Shown here: one piece after another, positions 19,219 to 30,609 of the stretch
Position numbering within the stretch: position 1 is the first letter of the stretch
Layout of the letters: each line of letters starts with the position of its first letter
Assembly: GCA_934167965.1 (NCBI GenBank)
Contig: CAKPMJ010000001.1
Coordinates: 108,487-172,486 of the forward strand
Direction: 5' to 3'
Length of the DNA: 64,000 nt
Source of the DNA: an uncultured Clostridia bacterium
GTDB lineage: Bacteria > Bacillota > Clostridia > TANB77 > CAG-508
Notes under the pieces: generated by a model
The model's database searches: none
Seen by the model: only the letters and a program-made list of their open reading frames with translations
Told to the model about the DNA's origin: nothing
Made by a program: the position numbers and the translations under genes

Positions 19219-20223
19219 ATGAATATTATTGAGGTAAAAGGGTTAAAGAAAAAATTTAAAATTAAAGAAAAAGAGAAAGGAATAAAAGGAAGTTTAAAGT
19301 CTATTATAAAGCCACAGTTTAAAGAAATAGATGCAGTTGATTATATTAACTTTACTGTTGAGAAAGGCGAAATACTTGCGTTTATTGGACCTAATGGCGC
19401 AGGAAAGAGTACAACAATAAAAATGCTTACAGGAATATTGTATCCGACAGAGGGAGAAATTAAAGTGCTAAACTTAAATCCATCAGAACAAAGAAAAAAA
19501 TTATCATATAAAATAGGAACAGTGTTTGGACAAAAAGAGCAATTATGGATGCACCTTACACCTTATGACAATTTTAAGTTTTTCGGTGCAATTTATGATA
19601 TACCAGAAAAAGAAATTGAAGAAAGAATTAAGGAATTAATACAAACTTTTGAATTAGAAAGTTTTATAAATACGCCTGTAAGAAATTTATCTTTAGGCCA
19701 AAGAATCAGGTGTGAAATAGTTGCAGCATTAATACATAAACCAGAAATACTTTTCCTAGATGAACCAACTATTGGGTTAGATCCAGTAGTAAAAGAAAAT
19801 GTTAGAAAATTAATAAGAAAGATGAACAAAGAGTTTAACACAACAATCTTTTTAACAAGTCACGATATAGGAGATATAGAGAAACTTTGTAAAAGAGTTA
19901 TTATAGTAAATCATGGAAAGATTATAATGGATGACACAATGAATAATCTAAAATATAATTATTTAAATAAAAAAATAATTGAATTGAAAACAAAAACTAA
20001 AATAGAGTTTGAGGAAACAGATGGAATAACAATATTAAAGAAAAATGGTAATAATTTGAAACTAGAAATAGATAGCAAAAAAAGAACAATAGCTGATATA
20101 GTTAAAAGACTGGATGCAGATGAAATAATAGATATAAATATATCTAATATACCTTTAGAAGACATAATTACACATATTTACAAAGGAGGGGAGAAGAATG
20201 AAAAAATACCTATTCATATATAA
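19219..20223 (+). CDS. ABC transporter ATP-binding protein
   Basis: Walker A GPNGAGKST, signature LSLGQR, Walker B ILFLDEPT. Confidence 0.9.
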   Translation: MNIIEVKGLKKKFKIKEKEKGIKGSLKSIIKPQFKEIDAVDYINFTVEKGEILAFIGPNGAGKSTTIKMLTGILYPTEGEIKVLNLNPSEQRKKLSYKIGTVFGQKEQLWMHLTPYDNFKFFGAIYDIPEKEIEERIKELIQTFELESFINTPVRNLSLGQRIRCEIVAALIHKPEILFLDEPTIGLDPVVKENVRKLIRKMNKEFNTTIFLTSHDIGDIEKLCKRVIIVNHGKIIMDDTMNNLKYNYLNKKIIELKTKTKIEFEETDGITILKKNGNNLKLEIDSKKRTIADIVKRLDADEIIDINISNIPLEDIITHIYKGGEKNEKIPIHI

Positions 20224-20989
20224 AGCAACATTTATAGAAAATCTAAGTTATGTAATGCCAATAATATTAAGACTTATAAACTTCTTTATTATGATGTTTG
20301 TATTTTTGAATTTATGGAATTATATGTATTCAGATAATACGCAAATTATAAATGGATATACCAAACAACAAATGATGTGGTATGTATTAATAGCAGAAGT
20401 ATTGTGGTTTAGTACTAGAAATAAAATATTAACAAATGAAATAAGTCAAGATATCAAGTCAGGAAATATTGCCTACAATATAAATAAACCATATAATTAT
20501 GTTTCTTATATAATATCCAAGCATTTAGGTGAAATAACAATGAAATTCATCGCATTTATTATAATAGGAATAATAACTGGTTTATGTTTTATAGGACCAA
20601 TACAAGGTTTTAGACTTGTAGATATGCCATTTATGATAATATCTGTGATTTTAGGAATATTAATAAATTCAATTTTGAGAATAGCAATCAGTATAATATC
20701 TTTTTGGATAGAAGATTCAACTCCTTTTCATTGGGTATATGACAAAATGATATTAGTTTTAGGAACTATGTTTCCAATAGAAATGTTTCCACCAATATTA
20801 AGACCAATAATGAAATGTACACCAATATTAGTAGTTACTTATGGACCTGCGAAATTAATAATAAATTTCACAATCAAAACTTTTATAGAGATATCAATAG
20901 CACAAATATTATATTTAATAATTTCAGTTGCTATTGTCATGATTTTATACAAGAAAGGAGTGAAAAAATTAAATGTTAACGGAGGCTAA
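20198..20989 (+). CDS. ABC-2 type transporter permease
   Basis: 263-aa polytopic membrane protein, translationally coupled (overlapping) with the ATPase gene. Confidence 0.65.
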   Translation: MKKYLFIYKATFIENLSYVMPIILRLINFFIMMFVFLNLWNYMYSDNTQIINGYTKQQMMWYVLIAEVLWFSTRNKILTNEISQDIKSGNIAYNINKPYNYVSYIISKHLGEITMKFIAFIIIGIITGLCFIGPIQGFRLVDMPFMIISVILGILINSILRIAISIISFWIEDSTPFHWVYDKMILVLGTMFPIEMFPPILRPIMKCTPILVVTYGPAKLIINFTIKTFIEISIAQILYLIISVAIVMILYKKGVKKLNVNGG

Positions 20990-21767
20990 AAATCAAATTA
21001 AAGTTATATTTTTATCTATCAAATATAATATAATGAGACAGATGACAAATAAAGTAACATTTATTACAAATGTTCTATTTATGATATTAAATAATGCATC
21101 TTTTATAATTCAATGGATAATATTATTTAATTTAAAAGATGAAATTGGAGGATATACAATTAGAGAAGTAGTTTTATTATGGGGAATAGCCTCAGGGACT
21201 TTTGGATTTGCACACATAATGTTTGACAAAGCATTTGAAATATCTGATTTAATAGTAAATGGAAAATTAGATACCTTTTTAGTACAGCCAAAAAATGTAT
21301 TTTTAAGTGTAATAACATCAAACAGTAGAGTATCTGCAATAGGAGATTTAGCTTATGGATATATTTGCCTTATTTTATATGGAATAACAATAAAAAACTT
21401 TGTATTATTCACATTATTTTTAATAACCGGAGGAATTATATCAACGTCGTTTGTCAGTATACTTGGAAGTTTATCATTTTGGCTAACAAGAGGAGACATA
21501 ATAGCAGATTCCTTAAATAATACAATGATAAATTTTGCTACATATCCAGGATCTATATTTAAGGGAGTAGTAAAAATTATATTATATACATTGATACCAG
21601 TTGGTATTGCAAATTATATACCGGTTGATATAATTATAAACTTTAATTTAAAAAATCTTATCATAGTTTTGCTATTTACAGTTTTTATTGCTACACTTGC
21701 ATTATTCATATTTAATAAAGGATTAAAAAGATACTCTTCATCAAATTTAATGGGAGCTAGGTTGTAA
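20973..21767 (+). CDS. ABC-2 type transporter permease (second subunit)
   Basis: 264-aa polytopic membrane protein that overlaps the preceding permease gene. Confidence 0.65.
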   Translation: MLTEAKNQIKVIFLSIKYNIMRQMTNKVTFITNVLFMILNNASFIIQWIILFNLKDEIGGYTIREVVLLWGIASGTFGFAHIMFDKAFEISDLIVNGKLDTFLVQPKNVFLSVITSNSRVSAIGDLAYGYICLILYGITIKNFVLFTLFLITGGIISTSFVSILGSLSFWLTRGDIIADSLNNTMINFATYPGSIFKGVVKIILYTLIPVGIANYIPVDIIINFNLKNLIIVLLFTVFIATLALFIFNKGLKRYSSSNLMGARL

Positions 21768-21780
21768 GCTCCCATTAAAA

Positions 21781-22404
21781 TCAACAATTAACATTAAATT
21801 CTGGTATACCACTTGAATAAGGAGCAATATCATAATGTTGAAAATATATAGTGACTCCTTGATTAGTTAAATAAAATTGGTTAGGATTAAAAGTCTCTAA
21901 AACAAGTTGGCAATAATCATCAAAATAAGTACCCGCTTCTGCAGATCTAATTTGCTCATTTATTTGTTTTAAAATACAAAGAATATAATCAGGGTTATTA
22001 TAATAAACATCACCCAGTGAGAATTGCTTATTATAAGCAAAATCCCAATTTTGAGATGTCCTAGTTGTATCTCCATGAGCACCACCAGTGAATATATACT
22101 CATCTTGGTATAAACTTAATATTGGTGGCTCATTATATGTTATTGTATATTTTGAAACAACTTCAAAAACCATAACAGGATAGCCATTAGAAACATTATA
22201 ATCATAAAGTTCTTTAGCTTGATTAAATAATGTTTCTCTAGCAGCTGTTTCTAGAAATAAGGCTTTTCTACGATTGAATATATTAAATTTTGAAGTATCA
22301 TAAGGCCCTGAAAAAATTTGAGGATATTCGATTTCATAAGTTAAAACTACAACACCTTTGTATTTTAATTCACTCTTAAGTATTCTTTTTTCTATATTAA
22401 ACAT
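21781..22404 (-). CDS. DUF3298/DUF4163 (RsiV/PdaC C-terminal-like) domain protein
   Basis: Contains the ...YIFTGGAHGDT... signature typical of DUF3298. AGGTGA RBS favours the start at 22404 (MFNIEKR). Confidence 0.55.
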   Translation of the reverse strand: MFNIEKRILKSELKYKGVVVLTYEIEYPQIFSGPYDTSKFNIFNRRKALFLETAARETLFNQAKELYDYNVSNGYPVMVFEVVSKYTITYNEPPILSLYQDEYIFTGGAHGDTTRTSQNWDFAYNKQFSLGDVYYNNPDYILCILKQINEQIRSAEAGTYFDDYCQLVLETFNPNQFYLTNQGVTIYFQHYDIAPYSSGIPEFNVNC

Positions 22405-22584
22405 AATATCACCTAATTTATAATATGAAAACAAATAAAATTGTGTTATAATAAAGTCATTCAATAATATTTCAATATGGTTGAAAAATATAGAAAAAAC
22501 CTATTGCATTGCAAAAAAATATGTGATAAAATATAAAACATAAAAAAATAAAAACAAAATTAAGGACACAATAAATAATACAAT

Positions 22585-22808
22585 AACTTTCAGAGAGCCT
22601 TTTATATGCTGAAAAAAAGGTAAGTAAAAATTATTTATCATCACCTTAATAAGTTGCATAACTGAACAAAAGTAAGTTTTGCCGTATATCTGCGTTAAAG
22701 AGGTAAAGAGAGTAACAAATTAAGTAATATAAATCATGGTTACTAAATTAGGTGGTACCGCGGAAAGAAATCCATTTCGTCCTAAAATATAGGAGAATGG
22801 ATTTTTTT
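22585..22808 (+). promoter_or_regulatory. T-box leader (Ile-specific) with terminator
   Basis: Stem I AGAGAG motif at 22591. ATC ATC at 22637-22642 is the candidate Ile specifier. Conserved T-box AAATTAGGTGGTACCGCGG at 22745-22763. Terminator AAATCCATT...AATGGATTTTTTT at 22768-22808. Confidence 0.85.
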
Positions 22809-22831
22809 GTGTTTAAAGGAGGAATGCAAGT

Positions 22832-23083
22832 TTGAGAGAATTAGAATTAAAAAGAGTGTATAAGCACTTTAAAGGAGACTACTATTTAGTAGAAGACATA
22901 GCCATACATAGTGAAACAAGAGAAAAACTAGTCATATATAGACCATTATATGGTGATGGAAAAACTTTATATGCTAGACCTTATGATATGTTTATGAGTG
23001 AAGTTGATCACGAAAAATATCCTAATGTAAAGCAAAAATATAGGCTTGAATTACAAGAAATAGAAAGTGTAAATAAAAAATAA
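22832..23083 (+). CDS. DUF1653 domain protein
   Basis: YKHFKGDYY...[14 protein letters not shown] matches the DUF1653 signature. TTG start 8 nt after GGAGGA. Confidence 0.6.
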   Translation: MRELELKRVYKHFKGDYYLVEDIAIHSETREKLVIYRPLYGDGKTLYARPYDMFMSEVDHEKYPNVKQKYRLELQEIESVNKK

Positions 23084-23099
23084 GAAAGGGGAAATAATT

Positions 23100-26000
23100 A
23101 TGTACAAAAAAGTAGAATTACCAAAAGAGGGATTTGTAGGAATTGAAAGAAAAGTATCAGAAGAATGGAAGAAAAAAGACATCATAAAAAAGAACTTTGA
23201 AATGAATAAAGGAAAAAGATATTTTAATTTTTATGATGGACCACCAACAGCAAATGGAATGCCACATGTTGGACATATCGAAACAAGAGTAATGAAAGAC
23301 ATAATACCAAGATATAAAGTAATGAAAGGATACTATGTACCAAGAAAAGCAGGATGGGATACACATGGGCTACCAGTAGAACTTGAAATTGAGAAAAAAT
23401 TAGGAATATCAGGAAAAGAACAAATAGAAGACTATGGTGTTGAAAAATTCGTAAAAGAATGTAAAGATAGTGTATTTAAATATGTATCTGTATGGGAAGA
23501 AATGACTAATAAAGTTGGATATTGGGTAGATATGGATAACCCTTATGTAACATATCATAATAATTATATTGAATCAGTATGGTGGGCATTAAAAGAAATG
23601 TGGAAAAAAGGACTTTTATATGAAGGCCATAAAGTAATGCCATATTGTCCAAGATGTGGAACAGCATTATCTTCACATGAAGTTGCACAAGGATATAAAG
23701 ATGTAAAAGACTTAACATGTATTGCAAAATTTAAAGTTGTAGGCAAAGAAAACACTTATATATTAGCATGGACAACTACACCATGGACATTACCATCAAA
23801 CTTAGCTTTATGTGTAAATAAATCTTATGATTATGCAGAATATAAAGTAAATACAGGAACAGAAGAAGAACCTAGATATGAAAATTATATTTTAGCAAAG
23901 GATTTATCAAGTACAGTATTAAAAGACAAACAATATGAACTTGTGAAAGAATTTAAAGGAGCTGAATTATTAGGAATTAAATATGAGCAATTAATGCCTT
24001 TTGGAAAAGTTGATGGAAAAGCATTTGAAGTAATACATGGAGACTATGTAACATTAACAGATGGTACAGGTATAGTTCATATTGCACCTGCTTATGGTGA
24101 AGATGATAGTTTAGTTGCTAAACAAAATGGAATTGCATTTATAAACTTAGTAGATAAATCAGGAAAATTCGTTCCAGAAGTTGAGCCATGGGCTGGAAGA
24201 TTTGTAAGAGACTGCAATGAAGATATATGCAAATGGTTGGCTGAAGAAAATAAGCTATTTTCAAAAGAAAAGCATCTACACTCATATCCTCATTGTTGGA
24301 GATGTGATACACCACTTCTATATTATCCAAAAGCAAGTTGGTTTGTTAAAATGTCAAGTCTAAGAGATGAGTTAGTAGAAAATAACAGCAAAGTAAATTG
24401 GTACCCAGAAACTATAAAAACAGGTAGATTTGGTAAATTCCTTGAAAATGTAATTGATTGGGGAATTTCAAGAGATAGATATTGGGGAACACCACTTCCA
24501 GTATGGAAATGTGAATGTGGACATCAAGAATGTATAGGATCTATTGAAGAATTAAAAGAAAAAGGAATCAATGTATCAGAAAATATAGAATTACATAAAC
24601 CATATATAGATGAAGTTCATTTAAAATGTCCTGAATGTGGTAAAGAAATGACAAGATTTAAAGAAGTTATAGATTGCTGGTTTGATTCTGGATCAATGCC
24701 ATTTGCACAATTACATTATCCATTTGAAAATAAAGAATTATTTGAAAAAGAATTTCCTGCACAATTTATATCAGAAGCTATAGACCAAACAAGAGGTTGG
24801 TTCTATACATTAACTGCAGTAGGAACAGCTTTATTTAATAAAACACCATTTGAAAATTGTATAGTATTAGGACATGTATTAGATAGTAAAGGTCAAAAAA
24901 TGTCTAAATCAAAGAAAAATGGTGTAGATCCAATGGTATTATTAGACAGTGTAGGAGCGGATGCAACTCGTTGGCATTTCTATACATGTAGTGCGCCATG
25001 GCTTCCAACAAGACTTGGCTTAGAAAATGTACAAGAAACACAAAGAGGATTTATAAGTACTTTATGGAATGTATATTCATTCTACGTTTTATATGCAGAA
25101 ATAGATAAATTTAATCCACTAAAATATAATAACTTTAAGTCTGATCATATAATGGATAAATGGATAATTTCTAAATTAAATACATTAGTAAAAGAAGTAG
25201 ATGAAAAACTTGATAAATATGATATAACAAGTGCTGCAATTCAAATAGGTGATTTTACAGATGAATTATCTAATTGGTATGTAAGAAGAAATAGAGAGAG
25301 ATTCTGGAGCCAAGAACTTACAGATGACAAAATAGGAGCATATGTTACTTTATATAAAGTATTAACTACATTAGCTAAAGTTTCAGCACCATTTGTACCA
25401 TTTATAGCAGACGAAATATATGATAATTTAGTTTATGGTTTAGATAATACTGCTCCAGAAAGTGTTCACTTATGCTTATGGCCAGAAGTAGATGAAAGTG
25501 TTATAGATAAAAAATTAGAAGAAGAAATGGATTTAGCATATAAAATTGTTAAATTGGGAAGAAGTGCAAGAAATTCAGTTAATATTAAAAACAGACAGCC
25601 ACTTTCAAAAATGTTAATTTCAACTAAGAGTTTACCGGATTATTATAATGATGTTGTAAAAGAAGAACTTAATGTTAAAGAAGTTGTATTTGGCGCAGAT
25701 ATGAAAGATTATGTAAGTTTTGAAATTAAACCAAATCTTCCTGTACTTGGAAAAGAATATGGTAAATTAATTCCAAGAATTAAAGAAGAAATTGCAAAAT
25801 TTGACCAAATGGAACTTGCAACTAAAGTTCAAGCAGGTGGAATTGAATATATAGAGATAGATGATACACAAATTGCCTTATCTAGTGAAAACCTTCTTGT
25901 TACAATGCACGGTAAAGAAGAATTTGCTTTTGCAGGAGAAGGGGAGATAGGTGTTGTATTAAATACTCATATTACAGAAGAACTTAAAGAAGAAGGTTTC

Positions 26001-26243
26001 TTAAGAGAAATTTTATCTAAGGTTCAAAATATGAGAAAAGATAAAGGATTTGAAGTGTTAGATAGAATAAATCTTTATGTGGCAGAAAATGAGATGCTAG
26101 AAGCGGTTGTAAAAAAATACGAACAAACAATTAAACATGATACTTTAGCAGATAATATCTTCTATAATGAAGAAAAAGATACTTATACAGAGACTCCAAT
26201 AAATGGCGAAAAATTAATGATAGATGTAGAAGTTGTAAAATAG
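23100..26243 (+). CDS. ileS: isoleucine--tRNA ligase (type 2, long form)
   Basis: [12 protein letters not shown] (HIGH) and KMSKSKKN (KMSKS) motifs, CP1 editing domain, 1047 aa, preceded by an Ile T-box. Confidence 0.95.
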   Translation: MYKKVELPKEGFVGIERKVSEEWKKKDIIKKNFEMNKGKRYFNFYDGPPTANGMPHVGHIETRVMKDIIPRYKVMKGYYVPRKAGWDTHGLPVELEIEKKLGISGKEQIEDYGVEKFVKECKDSVFKYVSVWEEMTNKVGYWVDMDNPYVTYHNNYIESVWWALKEMWKKGLLYEGHKVMPYCPRCGTALSSHEVAQGYKDVKDLTCIAKFKVVGKENTYILAWTTTPWTLPSNLALCVNKSYDYAEYKVNTGTEEEPRYENYILAKDLSSTVLKDKQYELVKEFKGAELLGIKYEQLMPFGKVDGKAFEVIHGDYVTLTDGTGIVHIAPAYGEDDSLVAKQNGIAFINLVDKSGKFVPEVEPWAGRFVRDCNEDICKWLAEENKLFSKEKHLHSYPHCWRCDTPLLYYPKASWFVKMSSLRDELVENNSKVNWYPETIKTGRFGKFLENVIDWGISRDRYWGTPLPVWKCECGHQECIGSIEELKEKGINVSENIELHKPYIDEVHLKCPECGKEMTRFKEVIDCWFDSGSMPFAQLHYPFENKELFEKEFPAQFISEAIDQTRGWFYTLTAVGTALFNKTPFENCIVLGHVLDSKGQKMSKSKKNGVDPMVLLDSVGADATRWHFYTCSAPWLPTRLGLENVQETQRGFISTLWNVYSFYVLYAEIDKFNPLKYNNFKSDHIMDKWIISKLNTLVKEVDEKLDKYDITSAAIQIGDFTDELSNWYVRRNRERFWSQELTDDKIGAYVTLYKVLTTLAKVSAPFVPFIADEIYDNLVYGLDNTAPESVHLCLWPEVDESVIDKKLEEEMDLAYKIVKLGRSARNSVNIKNRQPLSKMLISTKSLPDYYNDVVKEELNVKEVVFGADMKDYVSFEIKPNLPVLGKEYGKLIPRIKEEIAKFDQMELATKVQAGGIEYIEIDDTQIALSSENLLVTMHGKEEFAFAGEGEIGVVLNTHITEELKEEGFLREILSKVQNMRKDKGFEVLDRINLYVAENEMLEAVVKKYEQTIKHDTLADNIFYNEEKDTYTETPINGEKLMIDVEVVK

Positions 26244-26269
26244 ATGTAATAAATAAAAGGAGAATCTAT

Positions 26270-26779
26270 ATGGAAATAAAAGAATTTATAAGTAAAGAAC
26301 AAATCGATAAAAAAATTGAAGAATTAGCAAAAATTTTAGACGGAGATTATGAAGGCAAAACGGTAGAATTTGTATGTGTACTAAAAGGTGCAGCAATATT
26401 TACAGTGGAACTTGCAATGAAAATGAAAACAAATGTAAGATTTGAGTTTATAGAAATTTCAAGTTATGAGGGAACAGAAAGTACAGGAAAAATAAAAGTT
26501 AAAAAAGATATTAGTGGAAATATAGAAGGAAAAGATGTGTTAATTGTAGAAGATATAATTGATACAGGAAGAACTTTAAAATTTCTAAAGGATTATCTTT
26601 TAAAGAAAAAACCTAAAAGCTTAAAAATATGTACATTAGTAGATAAGCCTTCAAGAAGAATAGCTGATGTTAATGTTGATTATAATGGATTTGAAATTGA
26701 AAATAAATATATAGTTGGACATGGATTCGATATAGATGGAGACTACAGAAATTTACCATTTATAGGAACAATTGAATAA
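26270..26779 (+). CDS. hpt: hypoxanthine phosphoribosyltransferase
   Basis: 169 aa. PRPP-binding motif VLIVEDIIDTGRTL. Typical Hpt length and C-terminus. Confidence 0.85.
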   Translation: MEIKEFISKEQIDKKIEELAKILDGDYEGKTVEFVCVLKGAAIFTVELAMKMKTNVRFEFIEISSYEGTESTGKIKVKKDISGNIEGKDVLIVEDIIDTGRTLKFLKDYLLKKKPKSLKICTLVDKPSRRIADVNVDYNGFEIENKYIVGHGFDIDGDYRNLPFIGTIE

Positions 26780-26820
26780 GAAATTAAGAGGGTATCTTTA
26801 TGATATCCTCTTTTAAAAAT

Positions 26821-27381
26821 TTAAAACATATTACAAGTAGGTATATAATTATCATCAGGAGGGTATACAAATTCATCTTCTGGTTTATCTATTATATTTA
26901 TGCTTTTGATATTAACAATAGCAATTTCGCCTTGAAAATCTCCTTTTTTAATTTCTCCAGTAATATCTACCCAGGTTCCATCTTCAAAATCTTTTGCTCT
27001 ATCATACTCACATAAAAAACCAACAACCAAACATTGTTTATCTTTAGACACAATCATATCACGAGCCAGAACGAATTGATTTTCATTAAAATCTAATAGT
27101 CTATATACATAGCCAGAAAAATGGATCTTACAACCTACATAATCATCTACATGATCATTAGCTGCCCTTAAAATATTTGTATAATTTTCGGGAGTGATCT
27201 CAAATACATCATCAGGTTTAATAGTATCAGAAACTTTTATAGTAGCACTTCGAACAATTTTTTCCTTCAAAAATATATTATAAATTCCAAAACTAAAAAT
27301 AATAAGTATAATTAAAATCATTATAGAGAACATAATCTTAGAGAATTTATTTCCATTAACCTTAAAATTAAAAATAAACAT
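26821..27381 (-). CDS. membrane-anchored DUF1980/TIGR03943-like protein, hypothetical
   Basis: N-terminal TM helix. The C-terminal domain pattern ...GYVYR...F.LAR..I...W(V)DITGEI...VYPP resembles the TIGR03943 C-domain but lacks its CCAAD motif. AAGGAG RBS before the ATG at 27381. Confidence 0.35.
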   Translation of the reverse strand: MFIFNFKVNGNKFSKIMFSIMILIILIIFSFGIYNIFLKEKIVRSATIKVSDTIKPDDVFEITPENYTNILRAANDHVDDYVGCKIHFSGYVYRLLDFNENQFVLARDMIVSKDKQCLVVGFLCEYDRAKDFEDGTWVDITGEIKKGDFQGEIAIVNIKSINIIDKPEDEFVYPPDDNYIPTCNMF

Positions 27382-27539
27382 ATATAATATCTCCTTATTT
27401 GTATTTTTAGTTAATTTTATGAAAAAAATCAATAAATATTACAAAAAAACTTGCTAAAAGTGAAGTTTAGTGTTATATTATTTATGTAAAAAACAACCAA
27501 CTAATAGAAGGTTTAAAAAGACAAGAATCGAGAGGATGA

Positions 27540-30305
27540 ATGAGAATGGGATTATTAAAATCATACAGTGAAAGAGAAGTCAAAAAACTAAAAAATACAG
27601 TAAAACAAATAAATGACTTAGAAGAAGAAATGTCAAAATTATCAGATAGTGAATTAGTAGGTAAAACAGCTGAATTCAAAAAACAACTAGCTGATGGAAA
27701 AACATTAGATGATATATTACCAGAAGCATTTGCAGTAGTAAGAGAAGCATCAAAAAGAGTTTTAGGAATGAGACACTTTGATGTTCAATTAATAGGCGGT
27801 ATCATTTTACATCAAGGAAGAATTGCAGAAATGAAAACTGGTGAAGGAAAAACATTAGTTGCTACATTGCCTGTATACTTAAATGCACTAGAAGGAAAAG
27901 GTGTTCATGTTGTAACAGTAAATGATTACCTAGCAAAACGTGATAGTGAATGGATGGGAAAACTATATAAATTCTTAGGTTTATCTGTAGGATTAATAAT
28001 TCCTGGACTAGACCCTAAAAAGAAACAAGAAGCATATAATTGTGATATTACTTATGGTACAAATAATGAATTCGGATTTGATTACTTAAGAGATAACATG
28101 GTAATATATAAAAACCAATTAGTTCAAAGAGAATTACATTATGCAATAGTAGACGAAATAGACAGTATATTAATAGATGAAGCACGTACACCACTTATAA
28201 TATCAGGTAGAGCAAATGCATCATCTGATTTGTACAAAAAAGCTGATAATTTTGTTAGAGGACTAGAAGCAAAAGTAATAATTGAAGAAGATGTAAAAGA
28301 TATTGAGCAAAATGAAGACAATGAAAAATATGATTACATTGTAGACTTAAAGGCAAAATCTGCAACACTTACACAAAAAGGTATTGCAAAAGCAGAAAAA
28401 GCATTTGGATTAGAAAACTTTAATGACTTAGAAAACTCTACATTAGTACACCATGTAAATCAAGCATTAAGAGCACATGGAGTAATGAAAAAAGACATTG
28501 ATTATATAGTAAAAGATGGAGAAGTCTTAATAGTTGACGAATTTACTGGACGTATAATGTATGGAAGAAGATATAATGATGGATTACATCAAGCAATAGA
28601 AGCAAAAGAAAAAGTTAAAATTGCTGATGAATCAAAAACATTAGCAACAATAACATTCCAAAATTACTTTAGAATGTATGGTAAGCTATCAGGAATGACT
28701 GGTACTGCTATGACAGAAGAAAGCGAATTCCAAGAAATATATAATTTAGATGTTGTAGAAGTTCCAACAAATAAGCCAATGATTAGAATTGATCAACATG
28801 ATATTATATACAAAAATGAATTAGGAAAATTTAAAGCAGTAATAGAGGACGTTAAACAAGCACATGCAAAAGGACAACCAGTATTAATTGGTACAGTATC
28901 TGTAGAAAAATCAGAAAAATTAAGCAAAATGCTTAAAGAGGCTGGAATAAAGCATGTTGTATTAAATGCTAAATACCATGAACAAGAAGCTGCAATAGTT
29001 GCACAAGCAGGTAAATTAGGTGCAGTTACAATAGCTACAAACATGGCAGGACGTGGTACAGACATTATGCTTGGAGGAAACAGTGAGTTCTTAGCAAAAG
29101 AAGAAATGAAAGCAAACAAAGTGCCAGAAAACTTAGTTGAAGAAGCTAACACATATTATGAAACTGATGATCAAGATATATTAAGAGCAAGAGAACAATT
29201 CAAATCATTAGAGAAAAAATATGAAGAAAAAATAAAAGAAGAAAAAGAGAAAGTTTTAGCTGCTGGTGGTTTAAAAATTATAGGAACAGAAAGACATGAA
29301 TCAAGAAGAATTGATAACCAATTAAGAGGACGTAGTGGACGTCAGGGAGATCCAGGAGAATCTCAATTCTATGTAGCACTTGATGATGATTTAATGAAAA
29401 TTTTCGGTGGAGATGCTATAACAAAAGTATATAACATGTTAGGTGTAGATGAAAATATGCCTATACAAGTAAGAACATTATCAAGAAAGATCGAGGGTGC
29501 TCAAAAGAGAGTAGAAGGAAGAAATTTCAGTATACGTAAAAACGTGTTAAAATATGATGATGTTATGAATGTTCAAAGAGAAGAAATCTATTCACAACGT
29601 AGACAAGTTTTAGATGGAATGGATTTAAGTTCAAATATTAAAAATATGATTGATTGGGTTGCAGAAGAGACAGTTCATACATTTAATGAAATGGATGAAA
29701 GAGGAAATGAAAAACTTAATGTTACATCATTAGCAACAGAAATTCAAAACATATTTGGTTTACAAATGTTTGACGAAATTAGAGCAAATGCAGAAAATCC
29801 TCAAGCAATAATTGACAGCTTAAAAGAACAAGCACATGCTAAATATGAAGAAAAAGAAGCAGAAATTGAACCAGACCAAATGCGTGAAATTGAAAGAATA
29901 GTAATGCTTAAAGTTGTTGATCAAAAATGGATGGATCATATAGATAATATGGAAGATCTAAAAAATGGTATAGGACTTCAAGGATATGGTCAAAAGGATC
30001 CAGTTGTTCAATACAGAATTTTAGGTACAGATATGTTTGATGAAATGATTGAATCTATAAAAGTAGATGTTGTGAAACTTCTTATGAATCTTCGTAAACA
30101 AAAAGATTTAAGAAGAAGTGAAACAGCTAAAATTACAAAAACAGCTCTTCAAGCAATAAATAGTGTTGATGGTGGTCAATCTACATTAGAAAACCCAGAC
30201 CTAGATAGAACAGTTGTTAGAGAGACTCCAAAAATAGGTAGAAATGACCCTTGTCCTTGTGGAAGTGGAAAGAAATACAAGAATTGTTGTGGAAAGAATC
30301 AGTAG
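27540..30305 (+). CDS. secA: preprotein translocase ATPase SecA
   Basis: DEAD-motor motifs MKTGEGKT and [20 protein letters not shown], plus the C-terminal SEC-C zinc motif [14 protein letters not shown]. Confidence 0.97.
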   Translation: MRMGLLKSYSEREVKKLKNTVKQINDLEEEMSKLSDSELVGKTAEFKKQLADGKTLDDILPEAFAVVREASKRVLGMRHFDVQLIGGIILHQGRIAEMKTGEGKTLVATLPVYLNALEGKGVHVVTVNDYLAKRDSEWMGKLYKFLGLSVGLIIPGLDPKKKQEAYNCDITYGTNNEFGFDYLRDNMVIYKNQLVQRELHYAIVDEIDSILIDEARTPLIISGRANASSDLYKKADNFVRGLEAKVIIEEDVKDIEQNEDNEKYDYIVDLKAKSATLTQKGIAKAEKAFGLENFNDLENSTLVHHVNQALRAHGVMKKDIDYIVKDGEVLIVDEFTGRIMYGRRYNDGLHQAIEAKEKVKIADESKTLATITFQNYFRMYGKLSGMTGTAMTEESEFQEIYNLDVVEVPTNKPMIRIDQHDIIYKNELGKFKAVIEDVKQAHAKGQPVLIGTVSVEKSEKLSKMLKEAGIKHVVLNAKYHEQEAAIVAQAGKLGAVTIATNMAGRGTDIMLGGNSEFLAKEEMKANKVPENLVEEANTYYETDDQDILRAREQFKSLEKKYEEKIKEEKEKVLAAGGLKIIGTERHESRRIDNQLRGRSGRQGDPGESQFYVALDDDLMKIFGGDAITKVYNMLGVDENMPIQVRTLSRKIEGAQKRVEGRNFSIRKNVLKYDDVMNVQREEIYSQRRQVLDGMDLSSNIKNMIDWVAEETVHTFNEMDERGNEKLNVTSLATEIQNIFGLQMFDEIRANAENPQAIIDSLKEQAHAKYEEKEAEIEPDQMREIERIVMLKVVDQKWMDHIDNMEDLKNGIGLQGYGQKDPVVQYRILGTDMFDEMIESIKVDVVKLLMNLRKQKDLRRSETAKITKTALQAINSVDGGQSTLENPDLDRTVVRETPKIGRNDPCPCGSGKKYKNCCGKNQ

Positions 30306-30458
30306 TATCAACGATTATATATTTGCAAATAAAGCAAAGGAAATTGTAGAAATGTTATCACTTGTGATAGCATTTCTTTTGCTTACACAAGTGATATGAG
30401 CTATTCCGATTTGTTGGATTATTGGATACAAAATATAAAATATAAGTAGACATAAATG

Positions 30459-30487
30459 TTGACTTTTATTAAAAAAAGTATTATAAT
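30459..30487 (+). promoter_or_regulatory. consensus sigma-A promoter of the 11-gene operon
   Basis: TTGACT (30459-30464), exactly 17-nt spacer, TATAAT (30482-30487). Confidence 0.7.
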
Positions 30488-30538
30488 ATTAGTATGTTTT
30501 GAAAAATAATAAATAGTAAAGATGTAAAAGATTGAAAA

Positions 30539-30584
30539 GGCATAAGGTATTCTAATGAGAAGTAAGTTACCTTATGCCATTTTT
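30539..30584 (+). terminator. leader hairpin/intrinsic terminator between the promoter and the first operon gene
   Basis: GGCATAAGGTA (30539-30549) pairs with TACCTTATGCC (30568-30578), followed by ATTTTT. It lies about 50 nt downstream of the -10 box and 25 nt upstream of the start codon. Confidence 0.6.
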
Positions 30585-30609
30585 ATAAATATTAAGGGGA
30601 TTGAAAAAT

